Positions 37,699 to 45,827 of a stretch of 64,000 nucleotides of DNA are shown here, piece by piece. Both the position numbers and the translations under genes were made by a program. The notes below the pieces were generated by a model. The model was not told the DNA's origin and did no database searches. It saw only the letters and a program-made list of their open reading frames with translations. How positions within the stretch are numbered: the first letter of the stretch is position 1; each line of letters starts with the position of its first letter. The stretch is from NCBI RefSeq assembly GCF_041424195.1, contig NZ_JBGMOE010000190.1, forward strand, positions 55,574-119,573, read 5' to 3'. The stretch is from Tardiphaga sp. (GTDB lineage Bacteria; Pseudomonadota; Alphaproteobacteria; Rhizobiales; Xanthobacteraceae).

Positions 37699-38919
37699 GT
37701 GAGCGGCCTCGTGATTGTCGGCGCCTCCTATGCAGGCGTCCAGGCGGGCATTAGCGCGCGCGAGAAGGGCTATCAGGCGCCGATCCGCATCGTCGCCGAT
37801 GAAATCCATCTGCCCTATCAGCGCCCGCCATTGTCGAAGGCGTTTCTCTCCGGTGACGTCGCGCATAACAGCCTTTTCCTCCGCGGCGAGGACTATTTCA
37901 AGACCCAGGGCATCGACCTGGTGCTGGGTCATCGCGCCGTCGGGCTCGACCGCGCCGCCGGCCGGATCGCACTGGAAGGCGGCGACAGCCTGCCCTTCGA
38001 CCAACTCGTCATCGCCACCGGCTCGCGCGCACGGCGCCTCAGCGTGCCCGGCCATGAGCGCGACGGCATCGTCTATCTACGCACCCTCGATGACGCACAA
38101 CATCTGAAGCCGCGACTCGAAGCGGCCAATGATGTCGTTATCGTCGGCGGCGGCTTCATCGGCCTCGAAGTGGCGTCGACCGCCGCCAAGGCCGGCAAGA
38201 AGGTGACGCTGATCGAGGCGCAGTCGCGCCTGCTGGAGCGCGCGGTGTCGCCGCTGATTTCGCAATTCCTGCTCGACGCCCATCGCTCCCATGGCCTCGA
38301 CATCCGCTTCAACGAATCCGTCGTCGCCATCGAAGGCAACAATGCGGTGCATGAGGTCGTCTGCTCCAGCGGCCTGCGGGTGCGGGCCGATCTAATCGTC
38401 GCCGGCATCGGCGGCATCGCCAATGATGAGTTGGCAGCCGCGGCGGGCATCGCCTGTACCAACGGCATCGATGTGGACGAGCATGGCTTGAGCAGCGCGC
38501 CGAACATCTATGCTGCCGGCGACGTCAGCAATCACTACAACTCATTCGCGGGCCGCCGCGTGCGCCTCGAAGCCGTGCAGAACGCCACCGATCAGGGCAA
38601 GGCCGCGGGCGCAATGATCGCCGGCAAGCCGGAAGCCTATGATGCGGTGCCGCGTTTCTGGTCGGATCAATATGACGCCAAGCTGCAGATCGTCGGTCTC
38701 TCTGCGCCGACCGACAGCGCAGTGATCCGCGGTTCGATGGACGACGGCAAGTTCTCGGTCTTCTATTATCGCGACGGCAAGCTCACCGCCGTTGACAGTA
38801 TCAACCGGCCGGGCGACCAGATGATCGCACGCCGCCTGATCACCGCGGCGCTGTCGCCGACGCCGGAACAGGCCGCCGATCTGTCATTCGATCTGAAAAA
38901 ATTCGAAGCCGGCAAATAG
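37699..38919 (+). CDS. GR-type FAD/NAD ferredoxin reductase
   Basis: GTG start after AGGGAG; IVGASYAG, PYQRPPLSK, IVGGGFIGLE, YAAGD, PRFWSDQY. Confidence 0.9.
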   Translation: MSGLVIVGASYAGVQAGISAREKGYQAPIRIVADEIHLPYQRPPLSKAFLSGDVAHNSLFLRGEDYFKTQGIDLVLGHRAVGLDRAAGRIALEGGDSLPFDQLVIATGSRARRLSVPGHERDGIVYLRTLDDAQHLKPRLEAANDVVIVGGGFIGLEVASTAAKAGKKVTLIEAQSRLLERAVSPLISQFLLDAHRSHGLDIRFNESVVAIEGNNAVHEVVCSSGLRVRADLIVAGIGGIANDELAAAAGIACTNGIDVDEHGLSSAPNIYAAGDVSNHYNSFAGRRVRLEAVQNATDQGKAAGAMIAGKPEAYDAVPRFWSDQYDAKLQIVGLSAPTDSAVIRGSMDDGKFSVFYYRDGKLTAVDSINRPGDQMIARRLITAALSPTPEQAADLSFDLKKFEAGK

Positions 38920-38935
38920 GGCGGACCCACGGCTC

Positions 38936-39721
38936 ATGCCCAAGATCAAGCGTCCCGACGACGAACGCGGCAATACCGACTTCATCGAGAGCCTCGATCG
39001 GGGCTTGCGGGTGTTCGAATTGTTCGGCGCACATTCGCGCCCGATGACGCTGAGCGATGTCGCCAAGGCCGCCGAGCTGCCGCGCGCCACTGCCCGGCGC
39101 ATCCTGTTCACGCTGGAGCGCAAGGGTTATGTGACCAGCGACGGCAAGCTGTTCGCGCTGTCCCCGCGCGTCCTGGCGCTGGCCGGCTCCTATATGACCT
39201 CCAATCAGGTCGTCACCATCCTGCAGCCCGTGCTCGACAGCATCTCCAGCGCCGCGCAAGAGATTTCGTCGCTCGCGGTGCTCGAGGGCCATGAGGTGAT
39301 CTTCGTCGCTCGCGCCAGCCCGGCGCGGGTGTTCTCCGCCGGCATCGATCTCGGCTACCGGCTGCCGGCATTCTGCTCGTCGGTGGGCCGCGCGATGTTG
39401 GGCAAGTATTCCAACGACGACCTCACCGCAGCGCTGGATGCCATGGACCTCGTGGCGATGACGCCCTTCACGGTAACCGACAAGGAACTGCTGAAGGCCA
39501 CCATCATCACCGACCGCGAGAAAGGCTATTCGCTGGTCGACCGCGAGGCCGAGCCGGGCTTCCGCTCGATCTCGGTGCCGGTGCGGCGCTACGATGGCGC
39601 GATCGTCGCCGCCATCAATATGGGCGCCCATGTCGACCGCGTCTCCACCGGCGAGATGATCGATCGCTTCCTGCCGCTGCTGCGCGATGCCGCCAACTCC
39701 GTGAAGCCGCTGCTGCTTTGA
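38936..39721 (+). CDS. IclR family regulator, PcaR/PobR subgroup
   Basis: FIESLDRGLRV, LPRATARRIL, GYRLPAFCSSVGR, RSISVPV. Confidence 0.9.
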   Translation: MPKIKRPDDERGNTDFIESLDRGLRVFELFGAHSRPMTLSDVAKAAELPRATARRILFTLERKGYVTSDGKLFALSPRVLALAGSYMTSNQVVTILQPVLDSISSAAQEISSLAVLEGHEVIFVARASPARVFSAGIDLGYRLPAFCSSVGRAMLGKYSNDDLTAALDAMDLVAMTPFTVTDKELLKATIITDREKGYSLVDREAEPGFRSISVPVRRYDGAIVAAINMGAHVDRVSTGEMIDRFLPLLRDAANSVKPLLL

Positions 39722-39730
39722 ATGCTCTAC

Positions 39731-39826
39731 CCTCATCCTGAGGAGCGGCCACTTGGTCGCGTCTCGAAGGATGACCCCACACTCATGGTTCGAGACCGCG
39801 CCAAGCGGCGCCCCCTCACCATGAGG
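39731..39826. repeat. Palindromic intergenic element (CCTCATCCTGAGG family)
   Basis: End units CCTCATCCTGAGG (39731-39743) and CCTCACCATGAGG (39814-39826); inner pair GTCTCGAA / TTCGAGAC. Confidence 0.75.
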
Positions 39827-39861
39827 TCCGAGATTGAACACGCACCAGGAATTGTCGTCTC

Positions 39862-40209
39862 ATGCCCCATATCGTCATCGAACACTCCACCGACGGTCAT
39901 GGCGGCCTGTTCGACGCTACCAGCCTGATGCAGGCTCTGCATGACGCAGCCGCCGCCACCGGCGTGATGCAGGCGGCGGACATCAAGGTCCGCGCGATGG
40001 CCTATGCGGATTACCTGCTTGCCAGGGAGCGCGACGGCTTCTGCCATGTCACCGTGTCCATGCTGGAAGGCCGCACGCCCGCGCAGAAAGTGGCGGTGAG
40101 CGAAGAGCTACGTGCCGCGATGGTCAGGCTGCTGCCGCAGACCAAGAGCCTCAGCGTCGATATCCGGGATATGGACTCCGTCGCCTACAAGAAGCGGCTG
40201 AACGAGTAG
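39862..40209 (+). CDS. 5-carboxymethyl-2-hydroxymuconate isomerase-like tautomerase (HpcD/CHMI family)
   Basis: 115 aa with N-terminal Pro (MPHIVIEHS), IKVRA, FCHVTVSMLEGR, SLSVDIRDM. Confidence 0.82.
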   Translation: MPHIVIEHSTDGHGGLFDATSLMQALHDAAAATGVMQAADIKVRAMAYADYLLARERDGFCHVTVSMLEGRTPAQKVAVSEELRAAMVRLLPQTKSLSVDIRDMDSVAYKKRLNE

Positions 40210-40223
40210 AGCCGCGCTGACTG

Positions 40224-40372
40224 CCTTCTCCCGCCTGCGGGGAGAAGGTGGGCGCCGCGAAGCGACGACGGATGAGGGGGAGCCTCCGCAGGCGCAGAGC
40301 GAATGGAGAGCCCCCTCACCCGACTTCCACGCGCGCGTTGCAGTCGACCTCTCCCCGCAAGCGGGGAGAGGT
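40224..40372. repeat. Palindromic intergenic element (CTCCCCGCAAGCGGGGAG family)
   Basis: End hairpins CCTTCTCCCGCCTGCGGGGAGAAGG (40224-40248) and ACCTCTCCCCGCAAGCGGGGAGAGGT (40347-40372); central TGAGGGGG (40273-40280) / CCCCCTCA (40311-40318). Confidence 0.78.
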
Positions 40373-40385
40373 AAGGCACTCCCCA

Positions 40386-40425
40386 AAACGAAACCGGCGC
40401 GGCATTCCCTGGGAATGCCGCGCCG
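40386..40425 (-). terminator. Rho-independent terminator of the HU gene
   Basis: 15-bp arms CGGCGCGGCATTCCC / GGGAATGCCGCGCCG followed on the minus strand by GTTTCGTTTT. Confidence 0.75.
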
Positions 40426-40480
40426 TTCCCAATTCAGGTCGGCTGCGGTCACCTCATGGGCGACCGCGCCGGAGGTTCGC

Positions 40481-40780
40481 TTAGACCGCGTCCTTCGCAG
40501 CCTTGACCGGGCGAGCGCGCACGATCTTGCGGGCCGGCTTGGCCTTGAAGGTCATTGCTTCGCCGGTGAAGGGGTTGGTGCCCTTGCGTGCCTTGGTGGC
40601 GGGCTTCTTGATGACGACGAACTTGGCGAAGCCGGGAACGAGGAACACGCCGCTCTTCTTCAGCTCTTTGTAGCCGAGGGTCGCCATGGTCTCGATAACG
40701 CCCTTGACGTCCTTCTTCGAGAGCTCAGTGGTCTCAGCGATTTTCTCGATGAGCTGCGACTTCGTCATTTGGTCTGCCAT
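40481..40780 (-). CDS. HU family DNA-binding protein (divergent)
   Basis: 99 aa; MTKSQLIEKIA, VPGFAKF, ARKGTNPFTGE, KAKPARK. Confidence 0.9.
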   Translation of the reverse strand: MADQMTKSQLIEKIAETTELSKKDVKGVIETMATLGYKELKKSGVFLVPGFAKFVVIKKPATKARKGTNPFTGEAMTFKAKPARKIVRARPVKAAKDAV

Positions 40781-41032
40781 TTTGCACCTTTTGGTTTGCC
40801 GTGATTCGGTGAGACAGACACTATGAGGAATCACGGGAAAAAACCCGTGCTCAATGAAATTTTCACAGATTTTGCCGGGAAAAATGGTGTTTTTTGACCA
40901 CCAAACCCCGATTCGACTTGTACGGCAGGGTTTCGGGACCCTCGCAAGCGCAAAATACTTGAAACAAGGGGCCTACGGATTCGCCGCAGGCGCCGGAAAC
41001 GCACCGCCAAAATCACCCCCGGATTGGCGCCC

Positions 41033-41653
41033 TCACCACATGGTCTGACGCGCCCTTTCCGGCCAGGCGCGATCATAGTCGACGCCCCCGACCCGGCGCT
41101 CGCTCATCTCGGCCAGGATCTCGCCAGGCGTCGGCAAGGTCCTGGGATCGATGCGCTTGTCCGGGTCCCAGAGGTCCGAACGGACAATGGCCCGGGCGCA
41201 CTGGAAATAGATCTCCCCGATCGTCATCACGATGACTGTCCGCGGCGCCTTCTCCGCGACAGCGAAGGAGGCCAACAGCGCAGGATCGGCCGACAGATGG
41301 GCCTCGCCGTTGATACGCAGCGTCGTGCCGGAGCCCGGGATCAGGAACAGCAGCGCGATCCGCGGGTCTCGCACAATGTTGCGCAGGCTATCGACGCGGT
41401 TGTTGCCGCGGCGATCCGGCATCATGAGTGTCTTCTCGTCATGGATACGGACGAAGCCCGGCAGGTCGCCGCGCGGCGAACAGTCGAGCCCCTCGGGTCC
41501 CGATGTCGCCAGAGCGGCGAAGGGCGACACCTCGATCAGCCGGCGATATTGCGCCGTCACGCGATCCGCAACCTTGGCAGTGGAGGCTTCGCCGATATCA
41601 TTGAACCGGCCGTAGATCGCTTCGAGCTGCTCGATGGTTTCGATCACCGACAT
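41033..41653 (-). CDS. Pyridoxamine 5'-phosphate oxidase-like flavin-binding protein
   Basis: DCSPRGD, PDRRGNNRVDSLRNI, LLFLIPG, YFQCARAIVRS; 12 nt downstream of phnN. Confidence 0.82.
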   Translation of the reverse strand: MSVIETIEQLEAIYGRFNDIGEASTAKVADRVTAQYRRLIEVSPFAALATSGPEGLDCSPRGDLPGFVRIHDEKTLMMPDRRGNNRVDSLRNIVRDPRIALLFLIPGSGTTLRINGEAHLSADPALLASFAVAEKAPRTVIVMTIGEIYFQCARAIVRSDLWDPDKRIDPRTLPTPGEILAEMSERRVGGVDYDRAWPERARQTMW

Positions 41654-41675
41654 GGCCACACTCCCCCGCCCGTAT

Positions 41676-42254
41676 CTATTGACCCCTGATGACCCGTATC
41701 AGGTCATCCGCATGATCTTTCGCGACACCGATATTGTTGATCGTGACGTCGGCACCTGATGTCTCGACGCTGCGCTTGAGCCGGTCGCCGATCGGCCCAT
41801 CGCTTGAGCGTCCCCGCGCCGCAAGGCGCGCCGCAAGCACTTCCGGCGGCGCCGTGATCGACACAACGACGACATCTTCATAGGCGGCACGTAGTGCCGG
41901 GATAACCGTCCGTGAGATATTGGCAACGACATTCCGGCCGGCGCGAAGCGCATCATCGATGGAGCGCGGAAGCGCATAACAAAGACCATGCGCTTCCCAG
42001 TGAACGGCGAAGGCGCCGCTGGCCTGTGCCTGACGGAACGCCTCCGGCGTGACCTGCGTATTATTCTCGAATTCCGACGCCTCGCGCGTGACCACGCGGC
42101 GCGTGAACACCACATTATCGTCATCCGCGCAGGCCGCCTGCGCCAGACCGATCAGCGTATCCTTGCCGGCACCGGACGGGCCGACCACCAGCACCAATCG
42201 GCCAGGGCCGATCCGGCCTGCCTGCGCTCCGGACATCGCCGCGGTGTCGGTCAT
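41676..42254 (-). CDS. phnN: Ribose 1,5-bisphosphokinase
   Basis: VVGPSGAGKDTL, HWEAHGLCY, LAARGR; overlaps the phnM stop. Confidence 0.92.
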   Translation of the reverse strand: MTDTAAMSGAQAGRIGPGRLVLVVGPSGAGKDTLIGLAQAACADDDNVVFTRRVVTREASEFENNTQVTPEAFRQAQASGAFAVHWEAHGLCYALPRSIDDALRAGRNVVANISRTVIPALRAAYEDVVVVSITAPPEVLAARLAARGRSSDGPIGDRLKRSVETSGADVTINNIGVAKDHADDLIRVIRGQ

Positions 42255-43405
42255 GCCACGCGATGTCCTTCGCGCCAGACGCTGCGCACCACCGGCACAT
42301 CATGCGCCACGTGAACGCGGATCACATCGGCGCGCTTGCCGACCGCGATCTCGCCGCGGTCCATGAGGCCAACGGCTTCCGCGGGCCGTTTGGTCACCGT
42401 GCGGATTGCACTGGCGAGATCGATCGATGGCACTTTCGTCGCGAGCTGCAAGGCGCCCATCAGAAGGCTCGACGGCACATAGTCCGATGACAGGATATCC
42501 AGCATGCCTTCACGTGCGAGATCGATCGCCGCGATATTGCCGGAATGCGAACCGTTGCGAACGACATTCGGCGCCCCCATCAGGATTCCGACACCGGCTC
42601 TGTGCAGGCCCTGCGCAGCCTCCAGCGTGGTCGGGAATTCCGCCACCGAGACCTTGTCTCCCACGGCTTCGGTCACGTTGTCTTCCGTGGTGTCGTCATG
42701 GCTCGCCAATGGAATATTTCGCTCGTGGGCCAGTGCCACGATCGCGCGCATATTGCCGGCCGCATATTGCTGCTGACAGGCCAGGCGCTGTGCGAACATC
42801 ACATCGAGCTCGGCATCGCTCTTGCCGCCCTTGCCGCGATAATAGGTGCGCAGCTTCTCCTCATCGCGAAACTGGCGCTGGCCGGGCGTGTGGTCCATCA
42901 GCGACATCAGCCGGACGTTCGGCTTCTCCAGGAGTGCCTTCGCTTCCTCGACCACGGTCGGCATCGGAATCTCGCAGCGCAGATGCAGGAAATGATCCAC
43001 CCGCAAGAGGCTGGCTTCCCCGGCAGAGGCAATGGAATCCACCAGCACGCCGGCATAGCTGTCGATCCCCTGGCTCGAATCCTCGCATCCGACCCGCACC
43101 GAGTCGAGCACCGTGGTAATGCCGGAGGTGGCAAGCTGACCATCATAGGAGACCACCGCGGCGATCGGATCCCAGAACACCTTCGGCCGCGGCATGAAAT
43201 GCGCTTCGAGATGGTCGGTGTGCAATTCGACGAGACCCGGCATGATCAGATCGCCGCGCATATCCTCGCTGCCGCGCGGCGCATCGCCCTCGCCAAATTC
43301 AGCGATGCGACCGTCAACAAAGGCAATCCAGCCTTTGTCGATGACGCGGTCGGCAAGAACGATCCTGGCGTTGCCGATGACGGTTTCGGTCGATGATGCA
43401 GTCAT
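42251..43405 (-). CDS. phnM: Alpha-D-ribose 1-methylphosphonate 5-triphosphate diphosphatase
   Basis: PGLVELHTDHLE, MDHTPGQRQF, SHDDT, EFPTT, GAPNVVRNGSHSGN, LSSDYVP. Confidence 0.95.
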   Translation of the reverse strand: MTASSTETVIGNARIVLADRVIDKGWIAFVDGRIAEFGEGDAPRGSEDMRGDLIMPGLVELHTDHLEAHFMPRPKVFWDPIAAVVSYDGQLATSGITTVLDSVRVGCEDSSQGIDSYAGVLVDSIASAGEASLLRVDHFLHLRCEIPMPTVVEEAKALLEKPNVRLMSLMDHTPGQRQFRDEEKLRTYYRGKGGKSDAELDVMFAQRLACQQQYAAGNMRAIVALAHERNIPLASHDDTTEDNVTEAVGDKVSVAEFPTTLEAAQGLHRAGVGILMGAPNVVRNGSHSGNIAAIDLAREGMLDILSSDYVPSSLLMGALQLATKVPSIDLASAIRTVTKRPAEAVGLMDRGEIAVGKRADVIRVHVAHDVPVVRSVWREGHRVA

Positions 43406-43416
43406 GGTTCTCTTTC

Positions 43417-44118
43417 TCAGGCAGCAGCAGCGGCGAAGGATGCGACGTCCACCAGCCGGTCGGCAATCAGGTGCCGCACTTCGTCGTCATGCACAATGGC
43501 AACCATGGCAACACCGGCCCGTTTTTTCTCGGCGACCAGTTCGACGACCACCGCGCGATTGGCGGCATCGAGCGACGCAGTCGGTTCATCCAGCAACAGG
43601 ATCGGTAGATCGGAGATAAAGCCGCGCGCGATATTGACGCGCTGCTGCTCGCCGCCGGAAAAGGTCGAGGGCGGCAGCTTCCACAGCCGCTCGGGAATGT
43701 TAAGGCGACGGAGCAACACGCCCGCGCGCGTCTGCGCTTCCTCGCGCGTCACACCAGCAGCGAGCAACGGCTCGGCGACAACGTCGATCGCGGCGACACG
43801 CGGCACCGCGCGCAGGAACTGGCTGACATAACCGATGGTGTCGCGACGCACATTCAGCACCTGCCGTGGCTCCGCGGTCGCGATATCGACGATGTCGCCG
43901 TTGTGGCGCACACCGATGGTGCCGCCATCGCAACGGTAATTGCCGAAAATCATTTTCAGGATCGATGACTTACCTGCGCCGGACGGTCCGGACAGCACCA
44001 CGCATTCGCCGGGTGCCACATGAAACGACACATTGCGCACCACCGGCAGCCGAATGCCGTCCTGCAAATGCATGATGAAGGTCTTCTCGGCGTTGCGGAT
44101 ATCGATCATGGGAATCAT
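43417..44118 (-). CDS. phnL: C-P lyase system ATP-binding protein
   Basis: GPSGAGKS, YVSQFLRAVPRV, TFSGGEQQRVNIARG. Confidence 0.95.
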   Translation of the reverse strand: MIPMIDIRNAEKTFIMHLQDGIRLPVVRNVSFHVAPGECVVLSGPSGAGKSSILKMIFGNYRCDGGTIGVRHNGDIVDIATAEPRQVLNVRRDTIGYVSQFLRAVPRVAAIDVVAEPLLAAGVTREEAQTRAGVLLRRLNIPERLWKLPPSTFSGGEQQRVNIARGFISDLPILLLDEPTASLDAANRAVVVELVAEKKRAGVAMVAIVHDDEVRHLIADRLVDVASFAAAAA

Positions 44119-44125
44119 CTTGACC

Positions 44126-44950
44126 TCACGCCGGCAGGATCGAGGAAACGAGCAGTTGCGTATAGGGCTCGCGGGGATCGTCGAGCACCTGATCGGTCAG
44201 GCCCGTCTCGATCACACGCCCGCCCTGCATCACCATCACACGATGCGACAGCAATCGCGCTACCGCGAGATCATGCGTCACGACGATGGCCGAGAGACCT
44301 AGCTCGCTGACCAGCGTGCGCATCATATCGAGCAAACGCGCCTGCACCGACACGTCCAAGCCACCAGTCGGTTCGTCCATGAAGACGAGCCGCGGTTCAG
44401 TGACGAGATTGCGCGCGATCTGCAGCCGCTGCCGCATGCCGCCGGAATAGGTCCGCGGCGCATCGTCGATACGATCAGGCGAAATCTCGACGCGCTCGAG
44501 CCAGGACGTCGCGGTGTCACGAATCTTGCCATAGTGGTTATGACCGACAGCCATCAACCGCTCGCCGACATTGGCGCCGGCCGAGACCGCCATGCGCAGA
44601 CCCATCGCGGGATCTTGATGCACGAAGCCCCAGTCGGTACGGAACAGGAAGCGACGCTCGGCTTCGCCCATGGTGGCGAGGTCACGGGTCACGCCATCGC
44701 GCATTCGGTAGGAGACGGTACCGGTGCTCGGCGTCAACTGGCCGGAGAGAATCTGCAGCAGCGTCGATTTTCCGGAGCCGGACTCGCCGACAATGGCCAG
44801 CACTTCGCCGGAATAGAGCTCGAACGACACGTCACGACATGCCGCAAGACGGCCATAAGATTTTCCCAGGTTTGCCGCAACAAGCAACGGCTCGTCGCTG
44901 GCAGGCACGGGCGCGGCGCGGTGAGTTGAATTCGCTGTCACATCAAGCAT
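44126..44950 (-). CDS. phnK: C-P lyase system ATP-binding protein
   Basis: GESGSGKS, RTDWGFVHQ, VSAGANVGERLMA, YSGGMRQRLQIARNL; ATG 44950 overlaps the phnJ end. Confidence 0.93.
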   Translation of the reverse strand: MLDVTANSTHRAAPVPASDEPLLVAANLGKSYGRLAACRDVSFELYSGEVLAIVGESGSGKSTLLQILSGQLTPSTGTVSYRMRDGVTRDLATMGEAERRFLFRTDWGFVHQDPAMGLRMAVSAGANVGERLMAVGHNHYGKIRDTATSWLERVEISPDRIDDAPRTYSGGMRQRLQIARNLVTEPRLVFMDEPTGGLDVSVQARLLDMMRTLVSELGLSAIVVTHDLAVARLLSHRVMVMQGGRVIETGLTDQVLDDPREPYTQLLVSSILPA

Positions 44951-45827
44951 TTGCGCTCTCCGCATAGGGCGCAGCATTCTCGCTGCCGCGGTGTCCCTGT
45001 GATTGCCGCGTTTCGCAGTAGTCGGTGTCGGAGCACACGAACATCCGGCTGCCCATGTTGTCGGTGACGATCTCGTCGAGATAACTATCCTCGGCATTGC
45101 ACAGCGCGCAGCAGGCCTTGTGCTTGTAGGGCTCGAAGGGATGGTCTTCGAAATCCAGCGACACCACCGACGTATAAGGCGGGATCGCATAGATCCGCTT
45201 CTCGCGGCCGGCGCCGAACAGCTGGAGTGCGGCGCAGTTGTCCATCTTCGGATTGTCGAATTTCGGCGTCGGCGACGGGTCCATCACGTAGCGCGCATTG
45301 ACCTTAACCGGATAGGCATAGGCCGTTGCGATATGGCCGAAGCGCGCGATGTCCTCATAAAGCTTCACATGGATCAGCCCGTATTCACCGAGCGCGTGCA
45401 TGCGGCGCGTTTCGGTCTCGCGCGGCTCGAGGAAGCGCAGCGGCTCCGGGATCGGCACCTGATAGACCAGCACCTGATGCGCCTGCAGCGTCGCTTCGGG
45501 AATACGGTGCCGGGTCTGGATCACCGTGGCATCGCTCGTGCTCGTGGTCACCGCAACGCCTGCGGTCTTTTCGAAAAACTTGCGGATCGAGATCGCGTTG
45601 GTCGTATCATCCGAGCCCTGGTCGATCACCTTCAGCTTGTCGATGGGGCCGAGGATCGCCGCCGTCACCTGCACGCCGCCGGTGCCCCAGCCATAGGGCA
45701 TCGGCATCTCCCGGCTGGCGAACGGCACCTGATAGCCGGGAATCGCGATGGCCTTGAGAATGGCGCGGCGGATCATCCGCTTGGTCTGCTCGTCCAGATA
45801 GGCGAAGTTATATGTCGGCGCGTTCAT
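44943..45827 (-). CDS. phnJ: Radical SAM C-P lyase
   Basis: YNFAYLDEQTKRMIRR, MPYGWGTGG, CX2C...C cluster (CALC...VCSDTDYC). Confidence 0.96.
   Translation of the reverse strand: MNAPTYNFAYLDEQTKRMIRRAILKAIAIPGYQVPFASREMPMPYGWGTGGVQVTAAILGPIDKLKVIDQGSDDTTNAISIRKFFEKTAGVAVTTSTSDATVIQTRHRIPEATLQAHQVLVYQVPIPEPLRFLEPRETETRRMHALGEYGLIHVKLYEDIARFGHIATAYAYPVKVNARYVMDPSPTPKFDNPKMDNCAALQLFGAGREKRIYAIPPYTSVVSLDFEDHPFEPYKHKACCALCNAEDSYLDEIVTDNMGSRMFVCSDTDYCETRQSQGHRGSENAAPYAESANA

Noticed and set aside
31472-40372. CRISPR array or IS elements from the palindromic repeats
   Set aside because: No regularly spaced direct repeats, no cas or transposase genes, no target-site duplications recognised.
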